Assembly: GCA_032128875.1 (NCBI GenBank)
Contig: JAVLKG010000003.1
Location: 545,008 to 609,007 of the forward strand
Reading direction: 5' to 3'
Origin: Candidatus Melainabacteria bacterium 17Bon1m
Lineage (GTDB): Bacteria; Cyanobacteriota; Vampirovibrionia; Obscuribacterales; Obscuribacteraceae
Length of the DNA: 64,000 bases
This document shows, piece after piece, positions 20,082-30,084 of the stretch. How positions within the stretch are numbered: the first letter of the stretch is position 1; each line of letters opens with the position of its first letter. The notes under the pieces are model-generated. The model did no database searches. It saw only the letters and a list, made by a program, of their open reading frames with translations, and was not told the DNA's origin. The position numbers were made by a program, and so were the translations under genes.

Positions 20082-21389
20082 TTGAAAAGCAAAATTTTGA
20101 ACAATGGAATGCTGTTGGTCTCATTGGTTTTACTTACATCATGTAATTCATCATCGCCGCTTCTCAACAAAGCTAATGGCTCTGCTTACTGCGCTATACC
20201 AACTCGCTGGGCCACTGTGGATGAAAAGTACCCGCCGGAAGTGCGCTTGAAAAAGCAAACCATTGAGCACATTGAACAGTTTTGGAGCGATTTCAAAAAA
20301 GACCAGACAACGCTTAGCTTGGCATTGGATAACCTGCACGGAGAGAGCGGAAAGACGAACTCAGATATTCTTGCGAGCTGGATGAAGGAACATCTAGATT
20401 CGATTGATCCTGTCATTGAATACGAGTTTGGACGTGAAAAGGAAGGAAAGAAACTCGATTTTTCCGCAGCCGGTCACGATGAAGTGGTGCCCATCTGCAA
20501 ACTCCTTGTTTCTAAAGCTCCAAAACTATCCAACTGGCAGTTTTCTGCATATAGACAGCCATTGTCGCCTGCCACTATTGCCACCGGATTTAAAAGGCGC
20601 ACAGGGCGGGAACCGCTTCAATTTGAAACATCTGTGAGTGTTTCGCCGCAAAACAAGTTGGATGTTATGTTCACTTCGCCAGAGTTTGAGAATGACGAAG
20701 AGGATAACATCGAAGCGTGCCGCATCATCAGTGATTTGAGCGTCGGAGAGGAAAACGACGATATCTGGCTTGGAGCCATAACGCCGAAGAAGGGTGCATT
20801 AATGGGGCAGTTCAACTGCGCGAATAATGCAGAACAATATGCAAAAGCGTTTGACGACAAGAAGAAAGAAATTCTCGCTTCACTGCCTAGTACACCTTAT
20901 TTCAAGCAGGATCTCAGCAGGACAGAGGAAGTTCATTTCTCGGGCAAGAAGCGTTTGTCTATGAAGACTGCTTTGAAGAAGCTTGCGGAAACACTAGGAG
21001 CCGGCGGTCGTTTTCATGATGTGCAGTTCTCGAAAAATGGAGAGCATTTTGCGTATTTGAAAGTATCGAAAGCCAAAGACTTGCAGTCTTTGGATAAGGT
21101 TGAGGCGCTGGGAAAGGAATTAGACGCCGAACTTCGTAAGGCGCAAGTCGGCTGCACTTTTGGTATAGGTACAGAATCTCCTGACTCTATCTACATTGAT
21201 GTGGCATTGAAGGAGCTGGATAAAGCTGTTCCAATTTTGAAAGCTTTTTGCGAATCGCACAAATTTGATCATGAGAGTACGCTGCGTTTTTACGACTGTG
21301 TGTGGCGTAACGAATGGGTGGCGATGTTTGATGATACGAAGAAACCGCAGGATCTGCGGAAGCCCTGGTATCTGGTTGAAGAGAATTAG
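20082..21389 (+). CDS. Hypothetical lipoprotein, paralog B
   Basis: Lipobox LTSC; shares YEFG, DIWLG, ELRKAQ.GC, LRFYD and KPW motifs with paralog A. Confidence 0.8.
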   Translation: MKSKILNNGMLLVSLVLLTSCNSSSPLLNKANGSAYCAIPTRWATVDEKYPPEVRLKKQTIEHIEQFWSDFKKDQTTLSLALDNLHGESGKTNSDILASWMKEHLDSIDPVIEYEFGREKEGKKLDFSAAGHDEVVPICKLLVSKAPKLSNWQFSAYRQPLSPATIATGFKRRTGREPLQFETSVSVSPQNKLDVMFTSPEFENDEEDNIEACRIISDLSVGEENDDIWLGAITPKKGALMGQFNCANNAEQYAKAFDDKKKEILASLPSTPYFKQDLSRTEEVHFSGKKRLSMKTALKKLAETLGAGGRFHDVQFSKNGEHFAYLKVSKAKDLQSLDKVEALGKELDAELRKAQVGCTFGIGTESPDSIYIDVALKELDKAVPILKAFCESHKFDHESTLRFYDCVWRNEWVAMFDDTKKPQDLRKPWYLVEEN

Positions 21390-21517
21390 AGATAAAGTCC
21401 GTTGCACAAATAGCGAAATCTTTGAGTGCTTGACGGAAAGTTTCATTGGTATAAAATAGGTAAGTTGTGGGCAAGGAAACCCGGTATCTCGTTTACTGTT
21501 TGTGAGTAAACATTCGG

Positions 21518-23020
21518 ATGTCCTTTGGGGGAAATCCCGAGAGCGACTCGCTCTCGTTGGGCGAAGAGCAGCTTCGCCAAATTATTGACGCAGCGCCAAG
21601 CGGAATGATCATGGTTAATCATTCCGGGAAGATTGTGCTAGTAAATTCACAGATTGAGCAATTGTTCGGTTACGAACGAACAGAGCTCGTTGGTAAGTCA
21701 ATCGAAGTTTTAGTTCCAACCAGCGCTCGCGCACGTCACCCACAATATCGTGAGCAGTATTTTGACGACCCTAAAACCCGAGCTATGGGAGTAGGGCGCG
21801 ACTTATATGGATTGCGTAAAGACGGAACAGAAATTCCAGTCGAGATCGGTCTGAATCCTTTGATGACAGATGGCAGTCGCTATGTACTTGCGTCGGTTGT
21901 TGATATTACTGAGCGAAAACGTGCAGAAGAGCGTTTGAGAATCACGATCGAGGCGGCACCTAGTGGAATGATTATGGTCAATGAACAAGGAAATATTGTC
22001 CTTGTTAACACCCAGGTCGAGCGATTATTTGGCTATTCAAGAGAAGAATTGCTGGGGCAATCGATAGAAAAGTTAGTGCCATCAAAGGTTCGTGATAAAC
22101 ACCCGGAACACAGAGCATCCTTTTTTAAAAATCCTCAAGCGCGTTCAATGGGTGTTGGCAGGGATCTTTTCGGCTTGCGAAAAGATGGCTCCGAAATTCC
22201 GGTCGAAATTGGTCTGAATCCGTTGCAGACGGAAGGCGAGAGATACGTGCTCGCTTCAATTGTAGATATTACAGAACGCAAGAAAGCAGAGGCGCTTCTA
22301 CAAGAGAAAATTTTGGAGTTGGAGCGCTCTAATGAAGAACTTCAGCAGTTTGCATATGTTTGCTCACACGATTTGCAAGAGCCTTTGCGCGTAATTTCGA
22401 ATTACACGCAATTGCTCGCAAAGCGCTATATGGGCAAAACACTGGATGAGGATGCGCACGAGTTTATTGACTTCACCTTGGATGCAACCAAAAGAATGCA
22501 TCAGTTAATCAACGACTTACTCCTCTACAGTCGCGTGGAGACACGAGGGAAGGGGTTTGTAGAGGTGGATGTAAATGAGATTGTTCGAATAGCGGAGTCC
22601 AATCTCAGTTTGGCAATTGAAGAATCGAACGCCACCGTGTCTACAGGAGAATTGCCGACAGTAAAAGGCGACAACTCACAGCTGGTTCAGCTCTTTCAAA
22701 ACCTCATTGGCAATGCGCTGAAATTTCGCTCGGAAAAACCGCCGGAGGTTCATATTTCTGCAGTCGCAGACGGTGACATGTGGCGATTCACCGTATCGGA
22801 CAATGGTATTGGTTTTGACATGAAGCACGCTGAGAGAATCTTCGTGATATTCCAACGCCTTCATTTGCGAGAAGCTTATGAAGGAAGCGGAATTGGTCTG
22901 GCTGTGTGCAAGAAAATTGTAGAACGACATGGTGGTCGGCTGTGGGTGGAGTCGCAGCCGGGGAAAGGCTCATCGTTTCACTTTACTGTTCCAATACGAG
23001 GAGCTAAGTATCACTTATGA
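21518..23020 (+). CDS. Tandem-PAS sensor histidine kinase
   Basis: Two similar PAS/PAC domains; H-box SHDLQEPLR; N-box NLIGNALKF; DNGIG and GSGIGL. Confidence 0.95.
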   Translation: MSFGGNPESDSLSLGEEQLRQIIDAAPSGMIMVNHSGKIVLVNSQIEQLFGYERTELVGKSIEVLVPTSARARHPQYREQYFDDPKTRAMGVGRDLYGLRKDGTEIPVEIGLNPLMTDGSRYVLASVVDITERKRAEERLRITIEAAPSGMIMVNEQGNIVLVNTQVERLFGYSREELLGQSIEKLVPSKVRDKHPEHRASFFKNPQARSMGVGRDLFGLRKDGSEIPVEIGLNPLQTEGERYVLASIVDITERKKAEALLQEKILELERSNEELQQFAYVCSHDLQEPLRVISNYTQLLAKRYMGKTLDEDAHEFIDFTLDATKRMHQLINDLLLYSRVETRGKGFVEVDVNEIVRIAESNLSLAIEESNATVSTGELPTVKGDNSQLVQLFQNLIGNALKFRSEKPPEVHISAVADGDMWRFTVSDNGIGFDMKHAERIFVIFQRLHLREAYEGSGIGLAVCKKIVERHGGRLWVESQPGKGSSFHFTVPIRGAKYHL

Positions 23021-23463
23021 AAACCAAACGGCTAAGTATTTTGCTTGTCGAAGATAGTCGCGCTGATGCTCGATTGATACTGGAAGTTTTCAAAGAAGAA
23101 GATGTAAACGCAACGATAAACGTGGTGCGGGACGGTGAGGAGGCGATGGACTTTCTGTTGAAGCGAAGCCCTTACGCAGATGCGGCTACGCCTAATCTCA
23201 TTTTGCTCGATTTGAATCTACCGAAAAAAGATGGACGCGAAGTGCTTGCGGAGATCAAGCAAAACACTGATTTAGACGGAATTCCGATCATCATTTTGAC
23301 TACTTCGCAATCAGAAGACGATGTCGCAAAGTGTTACAAGCTTCAGGCCAGCTGCTTCGTAACCAAGCCAATTGATCTGGAGAAATTTGTAGAAGTCATT
23401 CGTTCTCTGGATGAATTTTGGTTTTCTGCTGTTAAATTTCCCCCGGAGCCAAAGGTATGCTAG
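23017..23463 (+). CDS. Single-domain response regulator (Rcp1-like)
   Basis: LLVED, LLDLNLP, ILTTS, KP; 4-nt overlap with the kinase. Confidence 0.95.
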   Translation: MKTKRLSILLVEDSRADARLILEVFKEEDVNATINVVRDGEEAMDFLLKRSPYADAATPNLILLDLNLPKKDGREVLAEIKQNTDLDGIPIIILTTSQSEDDVAKCYKLQASCFVTKPIDLEKFVEVIRSLDEFWFSAVKFPPEPKVC

Positions 23464-24545
23464 ACAAAACGTCCATTCTTCTAGTTGAAGATTCCGAGCC
23501 AGACGCGAAGTTCGTTCAAAGACTCCTGCCGAAACAGCGCTTTTCTATCATTCACGTGTCATCACTCTCAGAGGCAGCCTCTCAGTTGGAATGTTCGCCG
23601 TTTGATGTGATACTGCTCGATCTTTCGTTGCCGGATGGAAGTGGCCTTGACTCTTTTCAAAGTCTTAGGGACGTGGGTAAGCTTACGCCGATAGTTATTC
23701 TTACCGGTTTGAATGACGACGAAACGGCATTAATGGCTGTAAAGCTCGGCGCGCAGGATTATATTCAAAAAAGCGACGTGAATGCGAGTTTTCTCGAAAG
23801 AAGCATCAAATATGCAATCGAACGAAAATGTGCAGAAGAGACTGAAAAGAAACTAGCAACGTTCGAGCAGCGCGAAGAATTTATGGCAACACTTACGCAT
23901 GACCTCAAAAATCCGCTAATCGGTACAAATCGTGTGTTGGAGCTGCTGGCTGAACAAGCAATGGGCCCAGTGACGGAAGATCATGCAGAATTGCTTTTGC
24001 AGATACGAGATAGCAACAAAATATTGTTGACGATGATTCAGAACCTCCTGGACGTTTATAGGTTTGAAAAGGACATTGATGCGGTAGTTTTGACAAACAC
24101 TTATCTTAAAGACATTGTCTCCACCTGCTTGAAGGAAATCCTTCCCATTGCGAATAATCGAATGATTAAAATCAACACTGATTTTGCGACGGATCGAAAA
24201 ATGGTTAGAGCTGATGTAATAGCTATGCGCCGCGTGTTTCAAAATCTGCTCGACAATGCACTCAAGTTTACGCCGTCCGGCGGAGAGATCACCCTTTCTA
24301 TTGGCTCAAATAATGGGGATGTTTGCGTTGAAATAGAGGACAATGGTCCCGGAATGTCTGACGAAGAACTATCCAAAATCTTTTCTAGATTTGCCCAAGG
24401 AAGGGCTGGTAGAAAGTTTTCTCCCGGAACAGGTCTTGGACTATTCTTGTGTAAGCAAATAATAGATGCTCATCACGGACAGATTATTTGCTCAAGCAGA
24501 GAAGGAAAAGGAACCAAGTTTACGATTTGTCTTCCTGCCGCATAG
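23457..24545 (+). CDS. Hybrid receiver-histidine kinase
   Basis: N-terminal REC (LLDLSLPD), THDLKNPL, NLLDNALKF, GTGLGL. Confidence 0.93.
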   Translation: MLDKTSILLVEDSEPDAKFVQRLLPKQRFSIIHVSSLSEAASQLECSPFDVILLDLSLPDGSGLDSFQSLRDVGKLTPIVILTGLNDDETALMAVKLGAQDYIQKSDVNASFLERSIKYAIERKCAEETEKKLATFEQREEFMATLTHDLKNPLIGTNRVLELLAEQAMGPVTEDHAELLLQIRDSNKILLTMIQNLLDVYRFEKDIDAVVLTNTYLKDIVSTCLKEILPIANNRMIKINTDFATDRKMVRADVIAMRRVFQNLLDNALKFTPSGGEITLSIGSNNGDVCVEIEDNGPGMSDEELSKIFSRFAQGRAGRKFSPGTGLGLFLCKQIIDAHHGQIICSSREGKGTKFTICLPAA

Positions 24546-24580
24546 AGAGTCCAGTCGCCAGCAACTACGCTCACAGCGAC

Positions 24581-25021
24581 TTAGTTTGTCGATGATTGTT
24601 GAAAAGACTCTTCGTATTGTATTTTGAAATTGTCCATAAGAATCGGAAGCTTCTGCTCAAACGCGTTGTTAATCGGATATTTAAACAACCAAGCAATGAA
24701 TCCGTTGGCTGAAATTGTGAAACGCATGGTGATTTCGCCCGGCGTCTTTTCTGCAAGTTCGTGATAGAAGACAAACTTAGAGCCAAGAACCGACATCTCG
24801 TCGCTGTAGTTATTTAGCGGGTTGAAGGCTGTGACTTTAAGAATATAGTTATGTCCGTCTCTCGATTTCATGTGCCCTATACTACCCGCTTTTAGCGGCC
24901 CGTCGAATTGCAGATCGTCGATGAAGATGTCCCATTCCGGCATGCGCTTCCAATCAACTAACTTTTCCCAAGCGGTCTTAAGATCGCCTTTGAATGTGAT
25001 GCTGTGTTCGACGAATACCAT
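24581..25021 (-). CDS. SRPBCC/polyketide cyclase-like protein
   Basis: AW..LVDWKRMPEW...GPLKAGS pattern; ATG at 25021 after GAGG. Confidence 0.75.
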   Translation of the reverse strand: MVFVEHSITFKGDLKTAWEKLVDWKRMPEWDIFIDDLQFDGPLKAGSIGHMKSRDGHNYILKVTAFNPLNNYSDEMSVLGSKFVFYHELAEKTPGEITMRFTISANGFIAWLFKYPINNAFEQKLPILMDNFKIQYEESFQQSSTN

Positions 25022-25050
25022 GGCTATAACCTCGGGATGCCTGATTTTGA

Positions 25051-27297
25051 CTAGTACCAATATGGAGTTTGTTTAGTCCAAACGTTTCCCTTATATTTCG
25101 AATGGAGAGTGACAAACATCTGTTTAGATAGCTTTGTGGTGGCGTCATCGGTGGCGCCGTAACGCGTGCACTTTATCGCGTAGTGTAGTGCTTCGGGCAC
25201 TCGTGGGTCGGCTGGGTGCTTTTGCGCGTATGCCAGCACAATCTTTGCAAAGTAATTGGGAGCTGTCTCAACTTTGGCGAGTTTTGCCAGCTGCGTGGTA
25301 GCTTGTGCTCTCTGCGCTGACGTTAGAAACAGTGGATCGAAAGGTTCATCATCGGAAGATGAGTCCGAATCATCATCACTGTTGCTCGTTGTGATTTTGC
25401 GAACAGGGCTGGCTCCCCACCACCATCCGCTTGAATCCCCGTAGTCGTCATCCATCAACTGTCCGCTGGCCGCATTCGGCTCCGCAGATGAGAAGTGAAG
25501 CATTAACAGTGCTGCTGCGAATTTTCGATCTTCGGGAGTCGTCGCTGCGAGATAAGAGGTAAAGAATTTAGACTTCGCTTTGTTGAGCGGTGAAGCAATT
25601 GCTGCCAAGTTTTTTGCTTCGGCTTCGTCACCGACTAGAACTGCTCGAACCCAAGATGTCCATGCCACGTTGTTGCGCAAGTTTGCTGGAACTTGCTTGT
25701 TTGTAGCGACTTGGCGCAAGACACTCAGAGGAAATTTGTTGGTAAGAACATTACCAGCCAATGTTGTGAAGGTCGGTGGTGTTTTCCCTTTGCCCTTCAA
25801 ATCATCCTCTTCATCAGGCATTTCCGGAACACCGCCGTCACTGCAAATTGCCAGCGGTTTTTGAATGCCATATTTCAAAAACTCATCCAAGTTTGCAGAT
25901 AGCGGTAGTCGCATCAACTTGAGCGAATTGAGTGCTCCGGCAGGCAGTTCGGCCGGTGGAGCGGAAAGAACTTTGTCTAGTGAGGCTTTAACCGATGCGT
26001 CTTTGCTTTGTCCGGATTCAAGGCGAATGATGTGATAGAAGAGCGTCCACTTCGCATAGGGAGATTTGTCGGCTCGTGCTGCTGCGATTAATTGATTCGC
26101 GTGTTGATCTTCGGCATCCACCCCTGTAATGGCTGCCACCAACCACGCTGTCGATTTCGTTTCTTTCCAGCGGGCAAGAGCGTGTTTTGTGCTTGCCTCA
26201 TCGGTCGCTTGGAAGGTCAAAATCCAGTCGATCATCTCATTTTTTTTGAGGTTTTCCGGCACTTTGCTGTAAGTCACTTCGGTTGCCGAATTGTCGGGGT
26301 CGAGGTAATTGTCTAGGGTTTTGGTGATCTCTTCGATGGTCTGTTGGTCAAATTTCTCCGTAGCCAATTTGTTCAGATGCGCGTCCGGTGAAATTCTAAC
26401 GGCTATAAAATTCGCCAGAGACTGAAGATCTTCCTTGAGGGTCGCATACGATGGATTTGCAATCAGATGCTGGATCTTCTGCCCGGCTTGTTCGAGCAAG
26501 TTTTTATTTGTTTCCTTTGCAAGAGTTGCTTGGCGTATCATCGAACGAGTCGCTAAATATCCAGCCATCTCTTTCCATTTCGAGTTTGCATCAGCTGCTA
26601 TAGCTTCAAAATCTCTACGCGCGGTATCGAAATTTTGCGCATAAAAATTAGCTGCAGCAATTTGATAGGCTCGCTCTTGTTTGCAGGTTGCGTCTGCACT
26701 TTCCGGCAGTGGTTTTGGAATTTTAGCTTCAGGCACCTTGTCGGAATATCTCGGGCTGCCGCAATTTGAAAAAACTTCGTCTTGTGCGGCGACCCATTCC
26801 TTCACTTGCGCAGAACCGATGCCATATTTTTCGATCATGCTCTTAAGCGTTTTGGCGGCAGTTTCGAAAGCGCTTGTTTGTGCATTGCAATAAGACTCGT
26901 ATGAGTTCTCTTTGCTCACTGGTCGTTCTGTATCAATTGTTTCAATCTTGCTGACACCCGGAACGGTGGCGCGCAATTTGATCCAACTTTCTGTATTGCC
27001 GGCGCAGTCTGAAGAAGTTGCTTGGAGGCGTTGGTCCCAAAGTTGTTCAAAACCCTTCTGCTCATCTGTGGTGAGAGGTTTGTTGTTCAAGTAGCGATAT
27101 GCTGCCATCAGGTATGAGCGCGCATATGTGTTTTTCAAAATTCCCAATTGGCCTGCAGCGTATTTATCCATTGGAAAATCAGGATGCAACGTGTAGGTCC
27201 AGTATGGATTGCTGCCAAACGCGCACGTATTTCCTGGCAGCGTGTTTACGTTAAACATGAACGCCAGTGACAGAGCAATTGCAATTGTTTTTTTCAT
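25051..27297 (-). CDS. Large exported alpha-helical hypothetical protein (partner of the DUF3142-like gene)
   Basis: Signal peptide, GQLGIL...YL..AYRYL, C-terminal HPADPRVPEALH...WTKQTPYWY; overlaps the upstream gene. Confidence 0.85.
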   Translation of the reverse strand: MKKTIAIALSLAFMFNVNTLPGNTCAFGSNPYWTYTLHPDFPMDKYAAGQLGILKNTYARSYLMAAYRYLNNKPLTTDEQKGFEQLWDQRLQATSSDCAGNTESWIKLRATVPGVSKIETIDTERPVSKENSYESYCNAQTSAFETAAKTLKSMIEKYGIGSAQVKEWVAAQDEVFSNCGSPRYSDKVPEAKIPKPLPESADATCKQERAYQIAAANFYAQNFDTARRDFEAIAADANSKWKEMAGYLATRSMIRQATLAKETNKNLLEQAGQKIQHLIANPSYATLKEDLQSLANFIAVRISPDAHLNKLATEKFDQQTIEEITKTLDNYLDPDNSATEVTYSKVPENLKKNEMIDWILTFQATDEASTKHALARWKETKSTAWLVAAITGVDAEDQHANQLIAAARADKSPYAKWTLFYHIIRLESGQSKDASVKASLDKVLSAPPAELPAGALNSLKLMRLPLSANLDEFLKYGIQKPLAICSDGGVPEMPDEEDDLKGKGKTPPTFTTLAGNVLTNKFPLSVLRQVATNKQVPANLRNNVAWTSWVRAVLVGDEAEAKNLAAIASPLNKAKSKFFTSYLAATTPEDRKFAAALLMLHFSSAEPNAASGQLMDDDYGDSSGWWWGASPVRKITTSNSDDDSDSSSDDEPFDPLFLTSAQRAQATTQLAKLAKVETAPNYFAKIVLAYAQKHPADPRVPEALHYAIKCTRYGATDDATTKLSKQMFVTLHSKYKGNVWTKQTPYWY

Positions 27298-28100
27298 AGT
27301 ACGCCCAGCAACGATTTGACCGCCTGAATTTTTTTAGGGGTCCACGCTGTTTTGGTGAAAACATAGACCCGCACAGGAATTTTACGCCTCTGTGCAATGG
27401 GGATCATTAGTTCGTTAACGCTGGTATCTTCCAATGACAAGCCAAGCGATCGGTTCGCTCGCTCTTCTAAAAAGTCATGATGTTTCTGAAAGTAGCGCAG
27501 TACCTTCTCCCGTTCGCGCCCAAGGCTGAACATCATGGGCACCGCTTCGTCGATTGGCAAGTCCTTAATCCAGTTGTCAAACAGGCACCAGGATGCCAGT
27601 GCCGTAATTGAAATCGGCATTGTGGACGGGAGCGTCTTCCTTAGGTGTTCGAGCAACGCTCGGTAAAACGGACGCTCTGATTGGAGTGCATCGAAGTCAA
27701 TCTGAAGCGCCGCTGCGTTTGGAACACTCGCCGCTTTCTGGATGTGCCAGGCAACTTTGTCAATTTGTTGACTGGACAATTCTGGCTTTTGGCGCCTAAT
27801 GACGTCGATTCTAACGGTCGGAACCACAACTGTGTGCGGTGGGACCTTGAGTGGTTGATTTCTTGTTTCCCACTTGATCTTGTCACCATCAATAAACACA
27901 TGGCACGCGAGATAAGCGACTCCAAATTGATGTGGATCAATGTCCGAAAGATCTTCCGCTCGCTTCCAAGCCCAGAGGATTTTATTGGGTGTGTTTATCT
28001 GAAGCGAGGGTTTTGAAGCAGATCTTTCCGCAGCGGTTGCTTGCAATTGCAAGAGCAGTGCGGATGCAATAATAGTTGCGAAGACGGTGGGGAAGCGCAT
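27294..28100 (-). CDS. DUF3142-like exported protein (GH18-like barrel)
   Basis: LWAW, LQIDFDA...FYRALL, SITALASWC, DEAVPMMF. Confidence 0.75.
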   Translation of the reverse strand: MRFPTVFATIIASALLLQLQATAAERSASKPSLQINTPNKILWAWKRAEDLSDIDPHQFGVAYLACHVFIDGDKIKWETRNQPLKVPPHTVVVPTVRIDVIRRQKPELSSQQIDKVAWHIQKAASVPNAAALQIDFDALQSERPFYRALLEHLRKTLPSTMPISITALASWCLFDNWIKDLPIDEAVPMMFSLGREREKVLRYFQKHHDFLEERANRSLGLSLEDTSVNELMIPIAQRRKIPVRVYVFTKTAWTPKKIQAVKSLLGVL

Positions 28101-28252
28101 TGCAGTATGAGAGCGAGAGCCATAGTATGATGTCACACTATGCTCAAAATCTCGCGTTTGGCACACTGATTTTGTCGGGAAGATCGTGGATAAATCAGTT
28201 ACATCGCAGCAGAAAATGCTGTGAGATTTCTGCTTCAGTTGGACGAGTCAGC

Positions 28253-28381
28253 AGGCGAGTCGCGCTTCTATTTATCTCGTAAGCTTCGCGCAAAATGTTT
28301 TTTCCGTTTGGTTGGCGCTTGTAAAGATAACGCGGTAAGGCGCCTGGTAAGCCAAATCTAGAAGTGGCTGCCGACTTGCCT
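28253..28381 (+). ncRNA. Candidate structured ncRNA (four nested stems)
   Basis: Nested complementary segments with four G-U pairs that form only on the + strand. Confidence 0.4.
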
Positions 28382-28611
28382 TGGTACGATTACGGCTCCC
28401 CCGGCTGTGTGAGCTCTTGTCGGAAAAACGTGGCCGATAGGTATAGGTGACATTCCGGCTCATGCTGTGGGAATCCATAGCGAAATCTTATCCAAACCAT
28501 AGATTGCAAATTCGCATATCTATACTATAGTTTCTTCTAGGCAACGACAGCAGTCCTATTCGAGTGAGTTAGGAGCTGGCGCGGGCTTCGCGTGGAGAAA
28601 TTTAGCAGGCG

Positions 28612-29013
28612 ATGATGAAGAAGGCCGGCGTAATTTGGGAGCCTCTGATTGATGCGGTTGTCGATGCCAGCTGGAACAACCGCCATGGCAAGGCGGCGAA
28701 GGTTGTAAAAACCTTACTGAAGGCAATGCGCGATACGCGCGGTGCGACTTCATCGCACTCAGAATTGATGAAAGCGTTCTATCGTCTGATCGATTTCTAT
28801 TGCATGGAGAATGACTACGAGAAGGCGCACGGGCTGTGTGAGACACTGTTAAAGGCGCAACAAGATATGTTTGGAACAAACGATCCGCGTCTCATGGATA
28901 CGTTGATACGAATCGCAAAAATCAATCAGTTGCGTAAGTCGGCTGAAATTGGCTCTTCTCAAAAGAGCTGTACAGCATCAGCAGAATTCACTGCGCAAGC
29001 ACTGTCCGCATAG
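28612..29013 (+). CDS. Small TPR-like (kinesin light chain-type) protein
   Basis: YEKAHGLCETLLKAQQDMFGTNDPRLMDTL; GGAG RBS. Confidence 0.7.
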   Translation: MMKKAGVIWEPLIDAVVDASWNNRHGKAAKVVKTLLKAMRDTRGATSSHSELMKAFYRLIDFYCMENDYEKAHGLCETLLKAQQDMFGTNDPRLMDTLIRIAKINQLRKSAEIGSSQKSCTASAEFTAQALSA

Positions 29014-29229
29014 CCGCAAAACAGAATTTCGAAAAGGTTTCTTGACCCCCACAGGCTCGCATTGCCACCACAGGTAGTGCGAGCCTTTTATTTGTCCATG
29101 GTTCTGGAGCTCGCGTGCGGGCTGTCAAGCATCGACTGGTTAAGTTTAAGTGACGTCATTTATAGTTATTCTCTCCTCAACCTGTGGCACGAACTCTTTG
29201 TGACGCCAATCACCGTGGAGGTTTTTCAA

Positions 29230-30045
29230 ATGCGCGCAAGCCTGGCAATGGTATTCCTGAGCAGCTTTATGTTTCTTGCAGGGAATCCCTCACTAGCGGC
29301 TGATAACGAAGCGGCGACAGCAGCTAGTGTCACAAAGCCGGTTGAAGCGGCAGCTCCTCCGGCGGCTACTTCTCCAACCTCATCGCCTCAGACCGGCTCG
29401 TCTCCTGCGGTGGTGCCGAGCGGATCAGCAACCGATACAGCTGCCACTTCCGCGCCCTCAAGTACGCAAAGTGGAACACCGCCTGTAGCAGAGCCGGCAT
29501 CCGCTGCCGCAGGCGCTGCGGCCCTTGAGCCTCACAAAAGGCCTGTGCCGGATGGCTACGCGGCTGCCGCCGAGCTGTTCAAGGCGAGGAAGTTTGCCCA
29601 GGCTCAAAAGGAATTCGAAGCGATTGTCACCACCGGCACAGCAGATATCAACACTCACCTCTGTCTGGCGCATTGCTATCTCCAGCAAAAGATTTATTCA
29701 AAAGCCGTTAAGGAATTCGACCTGCTCAGCAAGCATGCCAAAAACAGCATGAGTCTGCAAAAGAGTTGCGCCCAAACCGCAACTTCCCTACGCAACGCAA
29801 TGAGAGGAATTTGCCCAGCTAATTGTCTTAAAGGGCACGACCCTCGCTGGACGCTCAAAGCGGGCAATAAAGTTATTCTGGTCCCCCATAACGGCGGTGG
29901 CTACGACACTCTGACCCCTAACGACATCGGTCATTTGATTGTCTATGAACACGGTAATGTCGTAGTCAAAGGTACTTGCCCTGTTTGCGAAGGAACGACC
30001 GAAGTTCCTGTGCTCAAAGACGGCGGACCCATGCCACGCATTTGA
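29230..30045 (+). CDS. Exported P/A/S/T-rich protein with TPR and Cys-motif domain, paralog A
   Basis: GGAGG RBS, signal peptide, low-complexity linker, TPR pair, CPANC...CPVCEG. Confidence 0.8.
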   Translation: MRASLAMVFLSSFMFLAGNPSLAADNEAATAASVTKPVEAAAPPAATSPTSSPQTGSSPAVVPSGSATDTAATSAPSSTQSGTPPVAEPASAAAGAAALEPHKRPVPDGYAAAAELFKARKFAQAQKEFEAIVTTGTADINTHLCLAHCYLQQKIYSKAVKEFDLLSKHAKNSMSLQKSCAQTATSLRNAMRGICPANCLKGHDPRWTLKAGNKVILVPHNGGGYDTLTPNDIGHLIVYEHGNVVVKGTCPVCEGTTEVPVLKDGGPMPRI

Positions 30046-30084
30046 TATTGTCCAAATCGTTTTCAAAGAACAAAGGAGACTGAA

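Noticed and set aside
29062-29229. Extended N-termini in the ORF track (also 30948, 16685, 42476, 5161)
   Set aside because: Downstream ATGs have clear RBSs and fit family or signal-peptide starts
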